Shown: positions 57,975-64,000 of the stretch, piece after piece | How the letters are laid out: every line of letters starts with the position of its first letter | Position numbering within the stretch: the stretch's first letter is position 1 | Assembly (NCBI GenBank): GCA_964639935.1 | Contig: CAZXGT010000001.1 | Coordinates: 6,635 to 70,634 of the forward strand | Direction: 5' to 3' | From: an uncultured Phycisphaeraceae bacterium | GTDB lineage: Bacteria; Planctomycetota; Phycisphaerae; Phycisphaerales; UBA1924 | DNA length: 64,000 nucleotides | Translations under genes and position numbers: made by a program | Notes under the pieces: generated by a model | What the model saw: only the letters and a program-made list of their open reading frames with translations | Database searches by the model: none | Told to the model about the DNA's origin: nothing

Positions 57975-59482
57975 GCGAGAAGCGATCCAACATCGAGGTG
58001 CTGATCCCGACCTTCAACGAGGAGCTCAACATCCCGCACGCGCTGCACTCGGTCGTCGAGTGGGCGAGTGCCGTGCACGTGGTCGATTCGGAGTCGACCG
58101 ACCGCACGCGAGAGATCGCCGAATCGCTCGGCGCCAACGTCGTGGTCCAGCCGTGGCTCGGATACGCGAAGCAGAAGAACTGGGCGCTCGAGAACCTGCC
58201 GATCAAATCGGACTGGGTCTTCATCCTCGACGCGGACGAGGCGGTGACGCCGGCGCTGCGCGACGAGCTGCTCGAGATCGCCAAACGCCCGGCGAGCGAG
58301 GTGCCCGAGGACGGGTTCTACGTGAACCGGCTGACGTACTTCCTCGGGCGGCCGATCCGCCACTGCGGCTATTTCCCGAGCTACAACCTCCGGTTCTTCA
58401 AGCACGGACGCGCGCTCTACGAGGACCGTGACGTCCACGAGCACATGGTGGTGCAGGGGCAGACGAGCCGGCTCAGACACATCATGACGCATGAGGACCG
58501 GCGCGGTCTCGAGCACTTCATCGCCAAGCACAACCGTTACTCCACCCTCGAGGCGAAGGAGATTATCCGCGAGGGCATTCGCGACAAGCGCAAGCGGGCG
58601 CGATCGCTCGAACGCGGGATCGCGCTGCGCCGGTTCCTCAAGCAGCATGTTCAGCCTCGCCTGCCGTTCGCCGGGCTCTGGCGGTTCATCTACATGTATA
58701 TCGTGCGGCTCGGGTTCCTCGACGGGCTGGTGGGCCTGCGTTTCTGCCTGCTCCTGGCGTGCTACGACTTCTTCATCTCGCTCAAGCTGCACGAGCTCAA
58801 GCAAAAAGGGGTGGACCAGAGCCCGGAGGTCATCAAGCGATACAGCGAGCGCGGGCTGGCGGTGAGCGAGGGCGGGATGGTCTCGGGCTCGGAGGGACCG
58901 CGCAGTGATTTCGAGCAGCGCGAGAAGGCGCTCGCCGAGTCGATGGGGCAGATGCACCCCGAGTCCAGCCCGTGGACGACGTGGGAGAAGATCAAGCGAA
59001 CGCTCTGGATGCTCGTCGGGCGCCCGCTCTTTGCGCTCTCCTTCCACAACTGGTACGGCTTCCGGGCGCGCCTGCTCCGTCTCTTTGGCGCGCGCATCGG
59101 GCGCGACGTTCACATCCGGCCGTCGGTGAAGATCGAGATCCCCTGGCACCTGAATATCGGGGACAACGCCACGATCGGCGACTACGCGATTCTCTACTCG
59201 CTCGGGCCGATCCGCATCGGGGCGCGGTCGATCGTCAGTCAGTACGCGCATCTGTGCGCCGGGACCCACGACTACACGGACCGGCGCTTCCCGCTGCTTC
59301 GCCTGCCGATCGACGTGGGCGAGGACGCGTGGGTCTGCGCCGACACGTTCGTCGGGCCGAACGTGAAGGTCGGGAAGCTCGCGGTGCTCGGGGCGCGGTC
59401 GAGCGCCTACAAGGATCTGGAGCCGGGGTTCGTCTATGCGGGCAACCCGGCGAAGCGGATCAAGGAGCGTGAGCTCTCATGA
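57971..59482 (+). CDS. Bifunctional fusion: GT2 glycosyltransferase (N-terminal) and WcaF-type hexapeptide O-acetyltransferase (C-terminal)
   Basis: GTG overlaps the upstream stop (GTGA). The GT2 part has VLIPTFNEELNIPHAL...VVDSESTDRT...ILDADE. The WcaF-like part has WMLVGRPLFALSFHNWYGFRARLLRLFGARIGRDVHIRPSVKIEIPWHLNIGDNATIGD...YAGNPAKRIKER. Confidence 0.85.
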   Translation: MSEKRSNIEVLIPTFNEELNIPHALHSVVEWASAVHVVDSESTDRTREIAESLGANVVVQPWLGYAKQKNWALENLPIKSDWVFILDADEAVTPALRDELLEIAKRPASEVPEDGFYVNRLTYFLGRPIRHCGYFPSYNLRFFKHGRALYEDRDVHEHMVVQGQTSRLRHIMTHEDRRGLEHFIAKHNRYSTLEAKEIIREGIRDKRKRARSLERGIALRRFLKQHVQPRLPFAGLWRFIYMYIVRLGFLDGLVGLRFCLLLACYDFFISLKLHELKQKGVDQSPEVIKRYSERGLAVSEGGMVSGSEGPRSDFEQREKALAESMGQMHPESSPWTTWEKIKRTLWMLVGRPLFALSFHNWYGFRARLLRLFGARIGRDVHIRPSVKIEIPWHLNIGDNATIGDYAILYSLGPIRIGARSIVSQYAHLCAGTHDYTDRRFPLLRLPIDVGEDAWVCADTFVGPNVKVGKLAVLGARSSAYKDLEPGFVYAGNPAKRIKERELS

Positions 59483-60129
59483 ACGCGCGTCCCGAAACCG
59501 ACGCCGCCCGCCCGGAGGAGCCGTCGCGCCGCCAGACCGCCGGTCTCGAGGCGGCCGATCACGTCCAGCGATCCAGGAGCCCGTACTCGCTCGGGATCAA
59601 GATCAAGCGCGTGCTCTGGATGCTCTTCGGTCAGCCTTTGATGCGGCTTACGTTCCACAACTGGTACGGCGCTCGTCGCGGGCTCCTGCGGCTCTTTGGC
59701 GCGCGGATCGCGCCCTCGGCGCGCGTCCGGCCCAGCGTTCGCGTCGAGCAGCCGTGGAACCTGACGATCGGCGAGGACACGATGGTCGGCGACCACGTGA
59801 TCCTCTACTGCCTCGGCAAGGTCGTCGTCGGCGCGCGCTGCTCCATCAGCCAGTACGCACACCTCTGCGCGGGGACGCACGACTACACCAGGCCCGACAT
59901 GCCGCTCCTGACGCTTCCGGTGACGCTCGAGGACGAGGTGTGGGTGGCGGCGGACGCCTTCATCGGGCCCGGCGTGACGCTCCATGAGGGCGTCGTCATC
60001 GGGGCGCGCTCGAGCGTGCACCGCGACTGCGACGCGTGGTCGGTGTACGCGGGCAACCCGGCGAAGCGCATCAAGGAGCGGGTGCTGCGCGACGCCGACG
60101 GCGCGGTGGCGGAGCGGCGAGATGGCTGA
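59479..60129 (+). CDS. WcaF-type hexapeptide O-acetyltransferase (stand-alone paralog)
   Basis: ATGA overlap with the upstream gene. WMLFGQPLMRLTFHNWYGARRGLLRLFGARIAPSARVRPSVRVEQPWNLTIGEDTMVGD...YAGNPAKRIKER. Confidence 0.85.
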   Translation: MNARPETDAARPEEPSRRQTAGLEAADHVQRSRSPYSLGIKIKRVLWMLFGQPLMRLTFHNWYGARRGLLRLFGARIAPSARVRPSVRVEQPWNLTIGEDTMVGDHVILYCLGKVVVGARCSISQYAHLCAGTHDYTRPDMPLLTLPVTLEDEVWVAADAFIGPGVTLHEGVVIGARSSVHRDCDAWSVYAGNPAKRIKERVLRDADGAVAERRDG

Positions 60130-60976
60130 GCTCAGGCGGCCCATCATCATCATCGGGACGCATCGCTCGGGGACGACGTTCCTCGGCAAGGTGTTCCGTG
60201 CGCACCCCGATGTCGCCTACTGGGAGGAGCCGCGGCACGTCTGGGCCTGGAAGCACAACTTCCGCTCGAGCGACGCGCTCGCCGCCAAGGACGCCAAGCC
60301 GGGGATCGTCCGGCACATCCACCGCGCGTTTCGCGAGCGGATGGAGAGCGAGGGCAAGAGCCGCTTCTGCGAGAAGACGCCGAGCAACTGCCTGCGGCTC
60401 GACTTCATCGAGGCGGTCTTTCCGGATGCGATCTACGTGCATATCTATCGAGACGGACGGGCCGTCGTGCGCTCGACAGGGAAGGTCCTCGGGCGCGGGC
60501 CCGATACGCACTGGATGAGCAAGCGTCTCCTCGGCACGCCCGTCTGGGAATGGCCGGCCTACGCCCCGCGGGCGGCGCGGACAATCGGGCGGAAGCTGCT
60601 CGGCAAGCAGATGACCTTCTGGGGCCCGCGTCCGCCCGGGTGGCGGTCGTGGCTCAAGGAGCACCCGGGCCACGTTGTGCGCGGGCTGCAGTGGGTGAAG
60701 ACCATCGAGCCCGTGCTCGAGTTCCGCGACCGGGTCGAGCCCTCCCGGTGGGCCGAGATGCGCTACGAGGATTTCATGGCCGACCCGATCGCTCACTTCG
60801 AGCGGCTTCGCGAGCACGCGGGCCTCGCGCCGGCGGAGGAGCCGCTGGAGTACCTGCGCGAGAGGGTGGACCCGACGCGCCAGTCCAAGTGGCGGCGAGA
60901 TCTTTCAGATGAGGTGCTCGCGGATCTGCGTCCACATCTCGAGCCGACGCTCGAGCGTCTGGGGTACGAGTGGTGA
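60122..60976 (+). CDS. Sulfotransferase
   Basis: MAELRRPIIIIGTHRSGTTFLGKVF is a 5'-PSB loop. It overlaps the upstream stop by 8 nt. The internal ATG of ORF 59984..60976 is used. Confidence 0.85.
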   Translation: MAELRRPIIIIGTHRSGTTFLGKVFRAHPDVAYWEEPRHVWAWKHNFRSSDALAAKDAKPGIVRHIHRAFRERMESEGKSRFCEKTPSNCLRLDFIEAVFPDAIYVHIYRDGRAVVRSTGKVLGRGPDTHWMSKRLLGTPVWEWPAYAPRAARTIGRKLLGKQMTFWGPRPPGWRSWLKEHPGHVVRGLQWVKTIEPVLEFRDRVEPSRWAEMRYEDFMADPIAHFERLREHAGLAPAEEPLEYLRERVDPTRQSKWRRDLSDEVLADLRPHLEPTLERLGYEW

Positions 60977-60999
60977 ATCGAGACGCGATCGAGCGAGTC

Positions 61000-62037
61000 T
61001 CAGCCCTGTTCGTCGCCCCGCTCGATCGGCGTGCGCCGGAAGCCCCGGGCGACGAAGAGCGTCGCGCGCTTCGCCGTGTTGGCCGCGGCCTCGAGGCGCC
61101 CGGCGAGCCGGCTCATCGCGAGGCGGAGGCTCGCGCCGCGGACGTCGGGGGCGGCGGGCTCGTAGCCCATGAGCGGGATCAGGTCGCCGAGATCAGCGTC
61201 GACCATCGCGACGTGTTTGGGTTTCATCTCGGATCTCCATCGGTCGACGCTCGTGGTGAACACCGGCTTCATGGTGTTCTCCATCCAGCCGGTCGAGCGC
61301 GTCGGGAATCCCTTCTGGTCCCGCTTGTGATGCTCGAGCATCGCCTCGGTCATCTCGATCCCGAGGAACTCGCAGACGCGCGAGAGGGTCGCGCGCTGAT
61401 CGGCGACGAGGTCCTCATAGCGGATGAGCAGGTAGCGCCTCGGTCCGAGCGGGCCCGCGAACTCCCGGTGCATCTCCGCCGCCCGGCGCCACCGGTGGAT
61501 GTTCGGCGCAATGAGATTCGAGCCGAAGCCCGCCCGCACGCGCGAGAGCACGACGGCCCGCGGGTCGCGCATGATGTGAACGAACTTCGCCTCGGGGAAC
61601 GAGGCGCTCAGCGGCCCGACGTAGTGCGTGTGAACGGGCGACTTCTCGCCGATACGCGTCGCGCCGGAGGGTTCGGCGTAGGCCGCGAGATAGGCGATGA
61701 ACAGGCCTTCCCAGCTTCTCGGGGCCGCGGCCGCGAAGCGCTCGAAGGTCGCGCGGTCGCACTCGAGCCCGCGCCGCGCCTGATCCTCCCAGACCTCCCG
61801 CACGGCTCGCTCGAAGTCCTCGGCCCGGCCCAGGTCGAGGCGGGCGCGCCACCCGCGGGCGTCGAGCGCCGCGAAGTATTTGGTCTCGGGCGGGAGCACG
61901 ATCGACGGGTCGCTCAGGAGCATGGTCTGCAGGAGCGTGGTCCCGCTGCGCCCGCACCCGACGATGAAGAACAGACCGCGCTCGATCTCCGCGAGACGCT
62001 GCTCGGTCGTGAGGCCGCTTACGCTGTCTCCACTCAT
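61000..62037 (-). CDS. Sulfotransferase
   Basis: LFFIVGCGRSGTTLLQTML is a 5'-PSB loop. The internal Met MSGDSVSG is chosen as start. Confidence 0.83.
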   Translation of the reverse strand: MSGDSVSGLTTEQRLAEIERGLFFIVGCGRSGTTLLQTMLLSDPSIVLPPETKYFAALDARGWRARLDLGRAEDFERAVREVWEDQARRGLECDRATFERFAAAAPRSWEGLFIAYLAAYAEPSGATRIGEKSPVHTHYVGPLSASFPEAKFVHIMRDPRAVVLSRVRAGFGSNLIAPNIHRWRRAAEMHREFAGPLGPRRYLLIRYEDLVADQRATLSRVCEFLGIEMTEAMLEHHKRDQKGFPTRSTGWMENTMKPVFTTSVDRWRSEMKPKHVAMVDADLGDLIPLMGYEPAAPDVRGASLRLAMSRLAGRLEAAANTAKRATLFVARGFRRTPIERGDEQG

Positions 62038-62101
62038 GATCCGGAGCGTAGCAGAGCCGATGCGGCGCCGACGCGCCCGCGCGGCGGGGGGGCGTCCTGA
62101 G

Positions 62102-63262
62102 ATGCGCATCGCGCACTACCTTCCCCGAGTCAGCATCGCCGAGGGCGGCGTGACCCGCGCCGTGCTCGATCTGACCGACGCGCTCGCGAGGCTCGGCGAG
62201 GGCGTCGAGCTGCTGACCTATCAGGATGGGGACGTCCCGAGCGAATGGGCGGCGTCGGATCGGGCGCCGAGGGTCGCGCTCCTGGACGCGCCCGCGGGGC
62301 CAGCGGGGCTCTTTTCCCGGACGCAGCTCGCGGCGATCGCCCGCACGCTCGACGGCGCGAGCGTGCTGCATCTTCACGCCCCGTGGACGCTCTCCAACCG
62401 GCAGCTCGCGGCGATCGCCCGTCGGCTCGGCGTCCCCTACATCCTGAGCGTCCACGGCATGCTCGACGACTGGTCGATGGCCCAGCGGAACCTCAAGAAG
62501 CGGCTCTACCTGGCGTTCGGCGGCCGGCGGATGCTCGAGCGCGCCGCCGCCGTGCACTGCACCGCCGCCTTCGAGGAGGAGCAGGCGAAGAAGTGGTTCC
62601 CGCGCGGGCGGGCCGTCACCATCCCGCTCGTTTTTGACGTGTCCCCATTCCGCGGCGAGATCGACCCGAGCAAGGCGCCCGGGCTCCCGCCGGGCGGGCG
62701 TCCGCGGCTCCTCTTCCTGAGCCGGCTCCACGAGAAAAAGGGTCTCGATCGCCTGCTCGAAGCGGCGGCGATCCTCCAGAAGCGCGGCGTCGAGACCGAC
62801 GTGCTCGTCGCCGGGACGGGCGAGCCGGCCTACGAACGGCAGATGCGAGAGCTCGCCGCGAGACTCGGTCTCGCCGAGCGAACCCGCTTCCTCGGGCTCG
62901 TCACGGGCGAGGCCAAGTCGGCGCTCTACGCCGCCGCGGATCTTTTCGTGCTCCCGACGAGCCAGGAGAACTTCGGTTTCGTCTGTCCCGAGGCGCTCGC
63001 CTGCGGGACGGCCGTCGTGACGACCCGGGGCGTCGACATCTGGCCCGAGCTGCTCGAGAGCGGCGGGGCGGAGATTGTGGACAATGCGCCCGAGCCGATC
63101 GCGGAGGCGGTTGAAGCGTTGCTCGGAGATCCCGAGCGCCTCGCGGAGATGGGACGTCGCGGGCGCGCGTGGGTGCTCGATCGCTTCGAGGGCGAGCGCG
63201 TGGCGCGGGAGTACCAGTCGCTCTACCGGGACGTGGCGGGCTCGCAGGAGGCGACGCCGTGA
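62102..63262 (+). CDS. Glycosyltransferase family 4
   Basis: MRIAHYLPRVSIAEGGVTRAVLDL..., then GT-B C-terminal motifs LLFLSRLHEKKGLD...LPTSQENFGFVCPEALACGTAVV (E-x7-E-like). Confidence 0.85.
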   Translation: MRIAHYLPRVSIAEGGVTRAVLDLTDALARLGEGVELLTYQDGDVPSEWAASDRAPRVALLDAPAGPAGLFSRTQLAAIARTLDGASVLHLHAPWTLSNRQLAAIARRLGVPYILSVHGMLDDWSMAQRNLKKRLYLAFGGRRMLERAAAVHCTAAFEEEQAKKWFPRGRAVTIPLVFDVSPFRGEIDPSKAPGLPPGGRPRLLFLSRLHEKKGLDRLLEAAAILQKRGVETDVLVAGTGEPAYERQMRELAARLGLAERTRFLGLVTGEAKSALYAAADLFVLPTSQENFGFVCPEALACGTAVVTTRGVDIWPELLESGGAEIVDNAPEPIAEAVEALLGDPERLAEMGRRGRAWVLDRFEGERVAREYQSLYRDVAGSQEATP

Positions 63263-64000
63263 GCAGGAGACTCTTCACCGATCGCCGGCGTCGCTCGTGG
63301 GAGCCGAGGGTGCGCGCGGTCTCGCACAAGGCGACGTGGTGGCTCGGGAAGCACGCTCCGGACCTCAGCCCGCTGGTCTACGTCGTCGGGTACCCCAAGA
63401 GCGGGACGACCTGGGTGTGCCAGCTCCTTGGCGATTACCTCCAGCTGCCCTTCCCGCGCGCGTCGCTGCTCCCGGTGATGTTCCCCGCGGTGGTGCACGG
63501 TCACGAGGAGGCGCGAGAGCACTACCGCTACGGCGCCTACGTGCTTCGCGACGGGCGCGACGTGATGGCCTCGCTCTACTTCCATCTCGCCCGGCGGATG
63601 CCGAGCGGGGACCATCCGCGACTCACGCGCCGGCAGCGCCGCATGTTCCCCGGGCTCATCAACAAGGACGACGTCAAGGCGAACTTCACGGCCTTCCTTG
63701 AGGCGCAGATGCGCGATCCCTTCGCCAGCCGGTTCCACTGGGGCGAGCACGTCCGGCGCTCGCTCGACGCGATGGGCCCCGGCGTCGCCTCCGTGAAGTA
63801 CGAAAAGCTCCTGACCGACGGCCGGGCGGAGCTCTCGCGCGTGGTCGAGACGATCACCGGCGAGCCCGCTGAGGAAGAGCGCGTTGGCTGGACCATCGAG
63901 AAGTTCTCCTTCGCCCGCCAGGCCGGGCGTCGGGCCGGGAGCGAGAAGCGGGCGTCGTTCCTGCGCAAGGGCGCCGCGGGGGACTGGAAGAACCACTTTA
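63259..64000 (+). CDS. Sulfotransferase, 3'-truncated by the window edge
   Basis: Hand translation from a GTG that overlaps the upstream stop (GTGA). VYVVGYPKSGTTWVCQLL is the 5'-PSB loop, and ...RKGAAGDWKNHF is the classical Sulfotransfer_1 C-terminal motif. It is absent from the ORF track because no stop lies in the window. Confidence 0.85.
   Translation, partial: MSRRLFTDRRRRSWEPRVRAVSHKATWWLGKHAPDLSPLVYVVGYPKSGTTWVCQLLGDYLQLPFPRASLLPVMFPAVVHGHEEAREHYRYGAYVLRDGRDVMASLYFHLARRMPSGDHPRLTRRQRRMFPGLINKDDVKANFTAFLEAQMRDPFASRFHWGEHVRRSLDAMGPGVASVKYEKLLTDGRAELSRVVETITGEPAEEERVGWTIEKFSFARQAGRRAGSEKRASFLRKGAAGDWKNHF

Overview
High-GC (about 70%) bacterial chromosomal window. Gene content, PEP-CTERM-like C-terminal sorting tails and dockerin-like GDxNxDGxVD modules suggest Planctomycetota, possibly Phycisphaerae-like (inference only). 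I support about 55 protein genes, one tRNA-Pro(CGG), several hairpin terminators and one small palindromic repeat. I saw no rRNA, CRISPR array, transposase, integrase or prophage genes. The first ~48 kb is mostly housekeeping: tandem clpP paralogs, yidC-mnmE, nnrD, tatD, a ThiF-family enzyme, PPi-type phosphofructokinase, family-4 UDG, dtd, nadE, glgP, murJ, parA, a Kef-type antiporter and lpdA. Scattered among these are secreted proteins: two PEP-CTERM-type cargo proteins, three dockerin-tailed proteins (two of them paralogous metzincin-like proteases) and one large DUF4953-like zinc protease. The most interesting part is the right-hand ~16 kb (48-64 kb, running off the window). It is a cell-envelope glycan island with a DPPR-synthase-like UbiA enzyme, ugd, uxs, ATP sulfurylase, an SDR epimerase, two GT4 genes, a GT2 fused to a WcaF-type O-acetyltransferase plus a second tandem WcaF paralog, and four separate sulfotransferase genes. 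This points to a sulfated, O-acetylated GlcA/Xyl-containing polysaccharide pathway. One sulfotransferase is cut off from its ATG and PAPS-binding loop by a frameshift at a C7 homopolymer. Many long ORFs in the six-frame track are antisense or off-frame shadows typical of high-GC DNA and were rejected.
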